Positions 49,331-61,770 of a DNA stretch of 64,000 nucleotides are shown one piece after another. The notes beneath the pieces were generated by a model, which was given only the letters and a program-made list of their open reading frames with translations, searched no databases and was not told the DNA's origin. Position numbers and translations under genes: made by a program. The stretch is from Mobula hypostoma (taxonomy: Eukaryota). Where the stretch lies: contig NC_086104.1 of the NCBI RefSeq assembly GCF_963921235.1, forward strand, positions 123,566,001 to 123,630,000. Direction: 5' to 3'. Every line of letters starts with the position of its first letter. The stretch's first letter is position 1.

Positions 49331-49379
49331 GGGAGGACAGTCTGTAGGTCGGGAGGGAGAGAGAGAAGGACTGAAAATA

Positions 49380-50060
49380 ATTATCCATCTCTCTCTGTCT
49401 GTGTCCTTATCTAACTTCCTGCTTGGTTTTCTATTTATCTCTTCTCTTCTATTTCTTTCTTTTTCTTTCTAACTTTCTTGCCTTCTATCTTATCTGCTAT
49501 TATCTATCTATCTAGCAGTCTGTCTGTCCATCTGTCTATTCATTTTTCATTTTATCTATTTGTCTATTTATGTATCTATCTACCTGTCTGATTATTGACT
49601 TATCTATTCGTCTGTCTGTCTATCTGTCTATTTGTCTATCTGTCTGTGTATTGATCTATCTATCTGTCTATCTATTTATCTGTCTATCTATCTGTCTATT
49701 TTATCTGTCTATCTATCTGCCTATCTATTGATCTATCAATCTGTCTGTCTATCTACCTACCTACCTATCCATTTATCTATCATTCTGTCTATCTAACCGT
49801 CTGTTTATCTATCTAGTTTTCTATCTGTATCGCTCTAATCATCCATCTATCTAATTGTCTATCCGTTTATCTATCTATCAATGGAACTATCTATTTATTT
49901 ATCTTTTTAATCTATTAATATATCTATCCATTCATCTTTCTATCTATCTCTATCTAATTAGCTATTGATTGAACTACCTATTCAATTTTATTTTTTATTT
50001 ATTAATCTATCTATCTCTTTCTTTCTATCTAACTATCTATCTGTCTACCTATCCAGTTGC

Positions 50061-50133
<73 letters not shown>

Positions 50134-50135
50134 AT
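49380..50135 (-). repeat. (TATC/TGTC)n tract (GATA repeats on minus strand)
   Basis: Direct inspection. Pure (TATC)n at ~50073-50133. Confidence 0.9.
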
Positions 50136-50403
50136 CTTTCCACTAGTGTTGAACTTTCTGTGTATATATCATCCCGAGATATATTGTTGCTCGGTTGCCA
50201 ATATACCCGTCTTGTCCATAATGTCTATATGTGTCTCTTAGCGCTGTTCATCCCCATCCCCACTCACGCTCACCCTCTTTTTATCTCTCTCCGTCCCTCC
50301 ATCTGTCCATCCTTCCATCCGCGCTTTCTCTCCCTCCCCCTCTAACCGTCAGTTCCCCATTCGTGAGCCTGAAGGCTGAGCGGAGCGATGCTGTAGTGCT
50401 TAC

Positions 50404-50493
50404 CTTGTACGCTGACGCCCGCCAGTCAGACCGGACCGCTGCTTTATTTGCAAAACTTGTTCCTTCACAATCTTGCGTGCCCGAGGTTACAGA
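50404..50493 (-). other. Candidate 90-nt exon (unverified)
   Basis: Strong donor AAG|GTAAGC at 50404/50403, with an upstream (CT)n tract and GAG acceptor. One frame is open: SVTSGTQDCEGTSFANKAAVRSDWRASAYK. Confidence 0.25.
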
Positions 50494-50541
50494 CTCGGTG
50501 TGGGTGTGGGTGGGAATAACGGGGAGAGAGAGAGAGAGAGG

Positions 50542-50599
<58 letters not shown>

Positions 50600-51279
50600 T
50601 GGGAGAGCGAGAGAGACAGAGGATCAGAATTCGATTGAAAAGGAGAGCGAGGGGAGATAAAATTAGAAAGTGAGGGAGGAGAGAGGAGCAAGTTAGTTAG
50701 AGAGAGAATGTGAGAGGGGAAGTCAAGACAGAGGGCAGATAGGTGGAGATAGGGGCAGATAAAGGGCTGAGAGAAAAGGGGGTACCGACAGAAGGAGCAG
50801 ATAGAGGAGACGGATTGGTCAGGTAAAGAGGGAAGCAGATAGAGGGTCAGAAAGAGGGATGGCCAGTGAGGGAAAAAATGGAAATAGAGGCAGATAGCCG
50901 AAAGAGAGGGGGTAAAAGGAAGGAGGGAATAGAGAGAGAGGCAGAAAAACGGAAAAGGGGGCAGAGAGGGAGGGAACAAAGATAGAAAGGCTGGTAGAGA
51001 GGAGCAGAAAGAGAGGTGGGGCAGGGAGAGAGGAGTTAGAGATATAGAGAGAGGCGGAGTGAGACAGAAATAGAGAGAGAAAGCGAAACAAGCACAGATT
51101 GAGAACGTTGGAGAGAGGTTTAACCACCGCCGAGAAATCGGTTCGGCAGAGACTCCCAGAGAGACAGGGAGAGGCAGGTGCTGTGAGAAAGACCTCTGGG
51201 GTGGGGGATAGAGAGAAAGAGGGATGGACAGAAGGGGGGTAAGATTAACCCAGAGACGGAGTGAAGCTCCCACCTCTCC

Positions 51280-51800
51280 CGGGTTTAAGTTGCCTGTGAA
51301 CGGTACATGTCCGCGCCTACAAAATATATGTACACACACACTGCTACCGATCGATTCAAAATAATTCCCTTCAAACTCGGAAAATAAAGTTCATAGTAGA
51401 TCAAATTTGAAAACAGATGTCGAAACGCGATTCTAAATAAGATTCGATCCCTCGAAATAGAGTGTAGATAATATTTTGCTGGCCGGTTGATGAAAATGAC
51501 TGATTTCATTTAGAAACTGTTACGGAGTCGCCAGTTTAAAAGTTGTTTCACGAAACCTTCGGAGCTTGCTAAAGTGTGATAGATGGGTCGGCCGGGACGC
51601 GCCTGCGCGCTACCTACGTACAGGCTGTGCAAATCTAAAATAAATTAGAAATTTTTTCGAAGAGGAATCGTTTTCTGCATTCGCTCCTGAAATAACAATT
51701 AAATATCGACCGGCTGCATCTCCGGAGGGGGCGAATACAGGAGCTTTATATATATACATACACATAACATGCACCGTACAGGGGATATAATGTAGAAAAA
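51280..51800. promoter_or_regulatory. CpG-retaining unique island
   Basis: AT-rich yet CpG-dense, non-repetitive, with ATCGAT at 51350. Confidence 0.45.
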
Positions 51801-51818
51801 GGGTGTGTGTGTGTTTGT

Positions 51819-51893
<75 letters not shown>

Positions 51894-52029
51894 CGCGACA
51901 CAGGGGGTTCATCCCTCTCCACACTAGAAAGAGTATTTAATATTGAGATAAAATACATTTTATTTCCGTGCTCTAAGTAAGGCAAGGGCTAGTTGTTAAT
52001 TACAGGAGATTTGTCGTACAGAAGTGCTA

Positions 52030-54420
52030 GGGTTCTATCTCTCCTTTCTCTCTCTCTCTCTCTTTCTCCCTCTCCCTCCCTTTCCCTCTCTCTACCATAG
52101 TTCCACCCCTCTGCCCCTCTCTTTCTAGTTCCCTCCCTTCCCCTCTCTGTCTCCCTCTTTTCACCTTTCTCCTTTTCCTCCCATCATTCTCCCTCCACCT
52201 TCCTCCCTCCATCTTCCCTTCACTCTGTCTCTCTCCCTCTGTCACTTCATCTTTCTCTACCTCTCTTTCTGCATCTTGCCCTCCCTTCTCTTTCTTCTTC
52301 TGCCTCCTCCCTCTTATATTCTTTCTTCCCTCTTACTCTCCCTCTCTTGCCTTCAATTTACCCCCAGTAAATTCTCCCCCTCTCTATCCCCACCTTTCTT
52401 TATTTCCAACCTTCCCCTTTCCCCTCACTCTATCCCCACTCCTCTCCGTTAATCTCCCTCTTTGTTATTTTTCCAGCCCTGGTTCCCCCTATTCTTGTGA
52501 TGATCTATCATTTCCTTAGCGTCGGTAGCATGCTCATCTTTCTCTTTCTTTTATTCTTTTCTCCTCCCTTTTGTTCTTTCCCTCCTTCCCTCTCTTTCCT
52601 CCTACACTTCCCTTTTGCTCAATTCTTCTTTTTCTATTCTCCCACTTCTACCCCTTTCTCTTTTCCAGCTCCACCCTTCCACTTCCCTTCTCTCCTCCTA
52701 CTCTGCCTCTCTATTCCCCCCCCCACTTCCTCTCTCTGTTTCCCTTCCCACTTTCTCTACCTCGTTCTCGTTCCTCTACTCCCACCTGGCCATCACTACC
52801 TACTTCACCTCCCTCTTTCCCTTATCTATATTTCTTTCTCCCTCTTCACCCCTCTCTATCCTGTCTCCTCTCTCTTCCATCTCTTTATTTTCCTCCATGC
52901 TCTCTGTTTCGCACTTCTCTCCATTTCCCCCATTTTCTCTCCATATCTCACTACCTTTCCTCGCTCTCCCCAGCTCTTAATTCACTATCTCTATCGCCCT
53001 CTATACCTCTCTCATTCTCTCTTCTCCCAATCTCTCCTTCTCTCTATTTCCCTCTTCTTATCCCCTTTCTATTCTGCCACCTGTTTCTCTATCCCTATTT
53101 CGCCATCCACACCTCTCTACTCCCCTCAATCTACCCCCAAACCTGCCTCTCTACCCTTATCTTTATCACCCCTTACTATTAATCTTACATCCTCCATTCC
53201 ATCAATTTTCCTCTCTATTGCTCCATTCCATTTCTCCCTATTATCTCCCTCTATTCTCTATATCCTTCCATCCTCCCCTATCTATGCTCCTACCCCCTCT
53301 ATCCTTCCCTTCTCTATCACCCACCTCTTTCCCGCTCTCTTCTTCCCTTCCTTCATCACTTTCCCATCTTCCTCCATCTCTTCCCCTCTTTATCCATCCC
53401 TCCGTCTCTATCCCGCCCTGCATCCCCCTTCCTTCCCTCTATTTTATCCCCTCTCTCTTGCTGCTATCCTCCCCGCAGTCTCCCCTTCACCACATGCACT
53501 CCAACTCTCTTAAACCTCCTGCCTCTATTTCCACTCTCTCCCTTCATTTGTCCACCCTCTCCATCTCTCTTGCATCCTTCCCCTTCCTTTCTCCGTCCCT
53601 CCATCCCACTGTACCCCATCCACCTCCCCTTCCCCCACCCTCTCCACCTCTCTGCAGTCCCCTCCCCTCCCTCTATTGCCCCTCCCTCCGTCCCTCTTTA
53701 TGCCTTCCATTTCCAATTCCCCTATTCCCAAACATCATGATCTCCCCTTTTCCCCTACGTCTCCCTCTCCTTACCCTCACTCACCCTCGCTAACCCTGCA
53801 CTCCTTCCCCTTCCTCTATCTCCCCTCTTCCTCCCCTCCTTCTCCCCGCCTCTTCCTCCCCTATCCCTCCCCTCCACATCCACTGCACTCCTCTCCTCCC
53901 TCTCTCCTCATTCCCGCACCCCTCCCAAATCTCTATCTCCCTCCTCCCGCCTTCCGTCCCTTGCTCCTTCATGTCACCTCCATTCCTTCTCCTCTCACCT
54001 TCCTTCCTACTGCTCCTGCACCCCTCCCCTTCCAGCCTTCTCTCCCTCTCTCCCTTCTTCTCCTGCCCCTCCTTCTCCCCTCCCCGTACCCCTCTCCTCC
54101 CTCTCCATCTCTCTGTACCCGTCCTCTGCCTATATCTCCCTCCCTCCCTCATGTTCTCCCCCGCCACCCTCTCTGCACCCCTCCACTCTCTCTCTCCTCT
54201 CACCTTCACTCCTTCCGCCCCTGTACCCTTCTCCTGCCTCCGCCGCCCTTTCCTCCCACGCTCCCCCTCTCCGCCTCCCCGCTCCCCTTCGCTCTAGCTC
54301 CCTCCCTTCCCCTGACCCTCTCCCTCCCACCTCCACTGTATCCCTCCCCTCCCTCAATCTCCCCTCACTCCCTCCCTCCCCTGCCCCCTTCCTCGCCACT
54401 TCCCCTGCATGCCCCAGTCC
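52030..54420. repeat. ~2.4-kb polypyrimidine/polypurine tract
   Basis: The + strand is overwhelmingly C/T, with C-runs increasing toward 54400. Confidence 0.95.
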
Positions 54421-54429
54421 ACTGTCTAC

Positions 54430-55070
54430 CGCGTTCAGCTGTTTTAAAATTATGAAAAATACCCCAATCGGCAGTGGCTTCACCTTCGATTAAACGTGAT
54501 GGGATGTGACAGAATTCGATCAATAACCATATCGCCCTATAAAGTGTCAAGTAATGAATCAATTTCGACTAAATTTTCCATTTTTCAGAAGCTGTTCTCA
54601 AAGAAGAATATCCCTCTTTGTAAAGATATTATTATCGATTTCGACGGCAATTTGACATCAGGATAGTTAATTCCACTCAGAATAAAGTACAAAGCACTTG
54701 AAGGAGGTTGCCAGGGTTGGGCTGAGCAAAGTGAAGTTTCTCTCTGGGTCTCCTCTATCCAATTGCGGGGTGTATGTGCGTGGCATGAAGATAGAGCCCT
54801 GGTCAGCCGCCAGTGAAGAGATTTCACTCTTTCCTCTCTGTGTCTCCGAACGTGCTCTCACTTGCTAGTGAAGTTGCCATCTCGGTCAGAAGCCACCAGA
54901 AGCCAGCTTCTCTCTCTCTCGCTCTGCAGAAATATATTGTGCAGCTTTTATTTAATCTGCTTCCCGTTTTTTTCTTCTTACTCTCTAATTTCTCAACATC
55001 CCTCCCCACCCCCGCCCCCCGCCGTCTTGCCCGTCCTGCGTCCGTCTGTCTGACTCCAGTCTGTATCTCC
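54430..55070. promoter_or_regulatory. Large unique island, candidate conserved element
   Basis: TE-free complex sequence with ATCAATA 54519, ATCAAT 54558, ATCGAT 54634, TGACAG, TGTCAA/TTGACA (TALE) and CACTTGA (NKX). Confidence 0.55.
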
Positions 55071-57449
55071 AGTTGTGTGTGTGTGTGTGTGTGTGTGTCT
55101 GAAAGAGAGAGCGCCAGAGAGCAAGCAAGAGAGCGAGAGAGAGAGAGAGATGCAAAGGAACAGTCAGATATGTGTGTGTGTATTATGGGGTGCGGTGATT
55201 TTTATTAGTCTATCTGTCTCTGTATGTCTACCTCTATCTTTATCCCTCTGACCCTCTCTTTTCCCTTCTCTCTCTACCCACCGTCTCTCTCTTCCTTCTC
55301 TCTTTATCTGTCTGTCTCCTTGCCCCACTCTGTCTACTTGCCCNNNNNNNNNNNNNNNNNNNNNNNNNNNNNNNNNNNNNNNNNNNNNNNNNNNNNNNNN
55401 NNNNNNNNNNNNNNNNNNNNNNNNNNNNNNNNNNNNNNNNNNNNNNNNNNNNNNNNNNNNNNNNNNNNNNNNNNNNNNNNNNNNNNNNNNNNNNNNNNNN
55501 NNNNNNNNNNNNNNNNNNNNNNNNNNNNNNNNNNNNNNNNNNNNNNNNNNNNNNNNNNNNNNNNNNNNNNNNNNNNNNNNNNNNNNNNNNNNNNNNNNNN
55601 NNNNNNNNNNNTGAAATCGGTATATTCAATATCCATGGAGAAGTTAGAGTGTTAGGGGAGAGAGAGGCCAAGGGGAAAGAGTAATAACTGAAGGTGGAAG
55701 GGAATAGGAGAAAGAGAGAGGGAAAATAGACAGCAGAGAGGGGGAAGGAGGGAAAGGCGAGAGAGAGAGAGTGTATGTGAGAGAGAGAGACAGACAGACA
55801 GAGAGAGCGGGGCAGGGAGAGGGAGTCAGAGAGGTAAAGGGACAGACAGAGACAGACAAATTTATGTGTATTATGTGGCTGGGCGCTTTTCTGTATGTTG
55901 CTCTAAATGATTTCTTTTATGTATGTGTGTGTATGTGAGTGTGTATAAGTGTGTGACAATCTATGTGGTTTTATTAGTCTCTCTCTCTCTGTCTCTCTCT
56001 TTCTCTCTCTCTCTGTCTCTCTAGACTTGTCTGTCTCTTTCTCTGTTTCTCTGTGTCTGCCTGTCTCTATCTCTCTTTACCTCTCTCTCCTTGCCCCGCC
56101 TTCCTCTCCCATTCTCTCTCTCTGCTCCTTGTTTCTCTCTCCATCTCCCCTTCCCTTTTCTCTTTCCCCTCTCCCTCTCTATATTGAACAAAACACACAT
56201 AGCAATCAGGCCACTCGGCCCATCCATTCTCCCCTATTAAATGCTCCCAAGTTCTAGGTCTCTACAGCACTCCCCAATGCCCAACCATTCACTGTCTAAA
56301 TTCTCCCACCCTCACCCCAACCTGACCATTCAATAACCTTGTGCAGATCGGACTGTAATCCTGACTCCACATTCCCACCACCCTCCCAGTGACCTTCCAC
56401 CCTCTTCACTTGCCAGAAACTGAATTTCACCCACGCCTGCCCCACCCCACCCTGCCAACAATAAAAATACCCACAGACTCTACTTTCGCCACCCTTGTAG
56501 GGAGCGAGTTCCAGTGACTCACCTCCCTCTACTGATGTACACTAATCCCATTTGTCTCTGTACACTCTCTCCCACCCCTCACGCTTCCTCTCTCTCTCAC
56601 TCTGCCTCCACCTCTCTATGTCTCCCTCTCTTCCTCCCTCGATTTCTTTCTCTCTCTTCCCACCCCCCTCTATTCTTTCTCGTCCCCTTCTCTCTCACTC
56701 CCACTCTTGCTCTTTTTCCTCTTTCCCCTCTCTCTCTTTTGCCCTCTCCCTTTCTCCTCCTCTTTCTCTCTCCCTGTCTCCTTCAACCTCCTCGCTCACT
56801 GTCTCTCTCTATTTCTCTCATTCTCCTTCTCTGTCTCAAATGGGTGACATAGTGACCCCTCTTTGAACCATCAAGATAGTGAAGAACATGGGGTCAGGAG
56901 GAGTAGATGGGCTGAAGGGCCTGTTTCCATGATTCGGTGAACGATTCCATTTCTCTCTTGCTTCCTATTCCTTTAGTTTCTCTCTCCCTGTTTTGCTCTC
57001 TCCCTTACACACTGTATCTATACCTCTCTTGATTTGTGTGTGTGTCTCTCTCCTCACCTGTCCATCACACCTCCTTCCATTAATCCTCACACCTCTCCCC
57101 ACCTGTACTTCACACACCTCCCAGCCTGTCATCCACTCCTCTCCCTGCCTGCCCCCAGCTGTCTCACCACCTCTGATGGTGGCTCACCTCACCTGTTATT
57201 CAGGCCCTTCTCATCCTATGCCCTGTACTACCTCTTTGTACATCACTGGCCCCACTCAGGGCTGTGGTCTCCCCCAGCCTCGTGGATGTCGGTCCCAATT
57301 TAATCCTTCTGTCTGTCTCACCACACACATGATGGCCCTCTGCAATCACCAACTCTCCCACTCCTCCAGATAACCTTTCCCCTGCTGCCGGTGATGCTTT
57401 GCATCTACAACCAGACAGAAGGTGGGGTGGGGTGGGGTGGGGTGGGGTA

Positions 57450-57710
57450 ATCAGGAAGGAAAATGAACTGGCGTACTCTGTTTGCCCAGACAGTTATCCT
57501 AGCGAGGAGGTGATGTTTGTAGGTGTTGTCTGTATCTGCACGTGCTTGTCCATTTGTCTCTGTTTATCTGGCACCCATCGTCGACAGTAATTAGCAGAGT
57601 GATTCCTGTAATTAATGGCATATTTAAGGGTGTCTGCATCAGATCGCCTGCTCTGCTGCTCACTCCTCTGTGCACCAGCACCGAGCCTGTCCTCACACTG
57701 CCTCTGTGTG
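57450..57710. promoter_or_regulatory. Unique island, candidate CNE
   Basis: TAATTA twice (GTAATTAG, GTAATTAATGG), AGGTGT T-box-like sites, TGTTTAT (FOX) and CACGTG. Confidence 0.4.
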
Positions 57711-57729
57711 TAAGTGCGCGCGCGCGCGT

Positions 57730-58112
57730 GTGTCTGTGTGTGTTTGTGGCTCTTTGCCTATCTGTCTGTGTCTGTTTGTGTTTGTGTGTATGGGTGAGTG
57801 TGTGTCTGAGTGTGTGTGTGTGTGTGTGTTTGTCTGTGGCTCTTTCCCTATCTGTCTGTGTCTGTTTGTGTTTGTGTGTATGGGTGAGTGTGTGTCTGAG
57901 TGTGTGTGTGTGTGTGTGTTTGTCTGTGGCTCTTTCCCTATCTGTCTGTGTCTGTTTGTGTTTGTGTGTATGGGTGAGTGTGTGTCTGAGTGTGTGTGTG
58001 TGTGTGTGTTTGTCTGTGGCTCTTTCCCTATCTGTCTGTGTCTGTTTGTGTTTGTGTGCATGGGTGAGTGTGTGTGTGTCTGTGGCTCTTTGCCTATCTG
58101 TCTATGTCTGCT

Positions 58113-58168
<56 letters not shown>

Positions 58169-58260
58169 TGAGTGTGTGTGTGTCTGTGGCTCTTTGCCTA
58201 CCTGTCTATGTCTGTTTGTGTTTGTGTGTGTGGGTGAGTGTGAGTGCGAGTGTATGTGTA
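57730..58260. repeat. 90-bp (TG)-rich minisatellite
   Basis: Unit 'tgtggctctttccctatctgtctgtgtctgtttgtg...' at ~57745, 57835, 57925 and 58015, with degenerate copies at ~58081 and ~58185. The ORF track shows a 30-aa period. Confidence 0.92.
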
Positions 58261-58538
58261 TATGATAGAATCATAGGGTTAAAGAGCACTACAGTAGAGA
58301 AACAAGCCCTTTAGCCCATCTAGTCCATGCTGAACTGTTATTCTGGCTCATCCCATTGACCTGCACCTGGCCTTTTCCCTCCATACCCTTCTATTCCATG
58401 TACTTATCCAAATCTCTCTTAAATGTTGAAGTTGAACCCACATCCAGCACTTCCGCTTACAGCTCTTTCCACTCTCTCACCAAGCCCCTGAGTGAAGTTC
58501 CCCCTCACGTTCCCCTTAAACGTTTCACATTTGCATCT

Positions 58539-58575
<37 letters not shown>

Positions 58576-59214
58576 TGGGTGCATCTGTGTGCGTGTGAGT
58601 GTCTGTCTGTCTGTGTCTCTATGAGTATCTGTTTTTTAGTTTCTGTTTTGTATCACTCTATCTGTCTTTTTGTTTCTGTATGCATGTGTTCATATACAAG
58701 TATTTTATTCATGTATATGAGTTGTGTCTTTGTTTCTTGTGTGTATATGTGGTNNNNNNNNNNNNNNNNNNNNNNNNNNNNNNNNNNNNNNNNNNNNNNN
58801 NNNNNNNNNNNNNNNNNNNNNNNNNNNNNNNNNNNNNNNNNNNNNNNNNNNNNNNNNNNNNNNNNNNNNNNNNNNNNNNNNNNNNNNNNNNTCCCCTCAC
58901 TAACCACCCTTTCTTTTAAGCACCTTTCTGTTAGTGAGTCCATCAATTCTTCTCTGCTGTAACTGGACTGCCCCTGAATCACATTGGGTACGGATCCCCT
59001 CGACCCTGACAGACCACCATTGATCAAAATGCTAAACAAACTTGTGTCTATGATACACTTCCCTGTGACAGAAGCTCTGGTGCACATTTATGTCAGTACC
59101 TGTGGCTCTTGCTATACATACATGTGTACAGGAGGAGGAGTCTGCAGAAGGAATTGGATAGGTTGGGAGAGTAGTTACAGAAGCGGCAGATGGGAAGTGT
59201 GGAGAAGAATAAAG

Positions 59215-60330
59215 GGTAGACTATTTTGTAATTTGCCCAGTGGCTCTAACATCCACGATTATGAAGAGCTTGGAGAGGCTTGTCATGCAAAACATCAACT
59301 CCAGCTTTCCAAACAACCTCAAACCCACTGAAAAACAGGTCGACAGCGGATGCCATCGCCTGTCCCTGCACTCATTCCTGGAGCAATTAGACAGTAAAGA
59401 TACTTACATCAGACTACTGTTTATTGCTAAATTTCTGCCTTCAATACTATTATTCCAAGCACATTCATCCCCAACTCCAGACCCTGGGAGTCAACAGGTC
59501 CCTTGCAACTGGATCCTTGACTTCCTGCCCAACAGGCAGCTATCAGTAAGGACAGGCAGGAACACCTCTACCACAATTATTCTCAACGCTGGTGCTCCAC
59601 AGATTGTATTGGCTTCATGTACCCTCATGACTGCGTGGCCAGGTTCCACTCCAAGTCCATCTACAAGTTTGCTGATTTGAAACACGATGAACTGGAGTAC
59701 AGGAAGGAGATAGAGAGTTTAGTGACATAGTGACAAACTTACCTTCGATGTCATCAAAACAAAAGAGCTGGTTATTGAGTTCCGAGAGAGGGGGTTGTGC
59801 ACATGCTCCTGCCTACATCTAAAGTGCTGACGTTGAGAAGGTTGAGAAGCATTAAGTTTCTAGGAGTGAACATCACCAGCATCCTCTCCAGGATTTGGTG
59901 TCATGGCCAAGGAAGCTCACCAATGCAACTTCCAGAGGCTAAAGAAATTTGATATGTTCCTGTCAATTCTTACCAATTTTTATCAATGCTCCATAGAAAG
60001 CATCCTGCTTGGATGTATAATGCCTTAGTACAGCAGCTGCTCTACACATGACTGCAGGTAGGCTGTGGAGTTGCAGATACAACTCAGCATATCACAGGAA
60101 CCAAACTTCCTTCCATGGAATCTGTCTACACTTCAGCAGAGCAGCCAGAATAATCAATGGTCCCAACCAACCTGGAATTCTCTCTTCTCCCTTCTTCCAT
60201 CGGGCAGGAGATACAGAGGCACATACCACCAGGCTCAAGTTACCAGTCTCTTGATTAGACTCCTTATACGATAAGATAGTCTCTTGGCCTCACAATCTAC
60301 CTCATTTTGACCTTGCACTTCTTTGTTTAT
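59215..60330 (+). mobile_element. Rex1/Babar LINE decayed RT region
   Basis: 'VALTSTIMKSLERLV..LHSFLEQLDSKDTYIRLLFI..CNWILDFLPNRQLSVR..ILNAGAPQ..KFAD'. Confidence 0.85.
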
Positions 60331-60339
60331 GTGCAGTGA

Positions 60340-61770
60340 CGTGGTGTTGAATTTGTGCAAGACGTCGGTGACGGAGCGTTTGGAACCCTGCTGTAGGAAA
60401 GGTTTCACTAAGCTGGAAAGACTGCAAGGAAGATTTATGAGGATGTTTGTTGGACCTTCTTTATTGGAGTATAAGAGAAAGAGGGATGACCTTTGTATAA
60501 AATCACAAGGGCATAAACAGGCTGTATGTACACTCTCTTTTTTCTACAGGATTGAGGAAGCAAGACCGAGAGGAACAGGTGAGAGATGAAATAGGAACTT
60601 GAGTGGCAACTTTTTCACCTAGAGGGCGGTCCGTGTCTGGAATGAGCTGTATCGGAATCAGGTTTAATGTCACTGGCATATGTCATGAAATGGTTGTTTT
60701 GCAGCAGCAGTACAATGCAATACATAAATAATAAAAAAATATAAATTGCAATAAGATATATAAGAAATAAATGAAATAGGTGCAAAGAGAGCAAAAAAGA
60801 AATCGTGAATTAGTGCTCAGTAGTTCATTGTCTGTTCAGAAACTCGATGGCGGAGGGGAAGAAGCTATTCCTGAAACACTGAGTGTGTGTCTTCAGGCTC
60901 CTGTACCTCCTTCCTGATGGCAGCAATGGGTCAAGGCCTTGTTCTTAATGATGGATGCCACCTTTTACAAACATCACTCCCAGAGGAAGTGGCTGAGGCA
61001 CATACATTAACAACATTTAAAAGACTCTTTGACGGGTAGATGGATAGATAGGAAAGGTTTAGAGCAGGCGTTCCCACCCTTGGGTCCATGGACCACTCGG
61101 TTACTGGTAAGGGTCCATGGCATAAAAAAGGATACAGGTCAAACGCAGGATAATGGTACAAGCTTTGATGGGGATCTTGATGAGCATGGGCCACAAGGCC
61201 TGTTTCCATGTTCTGTGTTTCGATGACTCACTAGAACTCCTTTTTGGGGAAGAGACAGAAATTGGGCAGTGCAGAACTGTCAGGTTGCAGACTGTGGAGG
61301 GGACATTATTCTTGTTGTCCCATCACAGGAAGGGTGAGGAGGCTTTGGAGAGGGTGCAGAAGAGGTTCACCAAGACGCTGCCTTAATTAAAGAACATGAG
61401 CTACAAGGAGAGGTTGGACAAACTTGAGTTGCTCCCTCTGGACTGTTGGAGGCTGAAGGAAGATCTGATAGAGGTTTATAAGATTATAGGAGGCATAGAA
61501 AGAGAAGACAGCCCTTATCTTTTTCCTGGGGTAGGAAATATCTAATACCAGAGGGCAGGCATTTAAGGTGAGAGAGGAAGTTCAAAGTAGATGTGTAGGT
61601 CAAGTATTTTACACAAGGAGTGGTGGGTTCCTGGAATGAGCTGAAGGGGTGGTACTGGAGCCAGATACAATAAAGGTGCTTAAGAGGCTGTTGGACAGGT
61701 ACATGAAACTGCAGGGAAGGGAGGGATATGGACATTGTACAGGCAGAGGGAATAAGTTCAGCTAGGTACA
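60340..61770 (+). mobile_element. CR1 3' fragments with nested Rex1 tail (60650-60975, minus)
   Basis: 'KLERLQGRFMRM' and 'EALERVQKRFTKTLP..LKEDLIEVYKII'. Confidence 0.75.

Noticed and set aside
49315-49352. Possible plus-strand micro-exon (TTTTCCCCCAG|...|GTCGGG)
   Set aside because: Weak donor, 16 nt long (frame-shifting) and no supporting neighbouring exons.
57693-58314. Repetitive Cys/Val- or His/Thr-rich ORFs and a CRISPR-like periodic look
   Set aside because: TG minisatellite with identical units, no unique spacers, no cas genes and a eukaryotic context.
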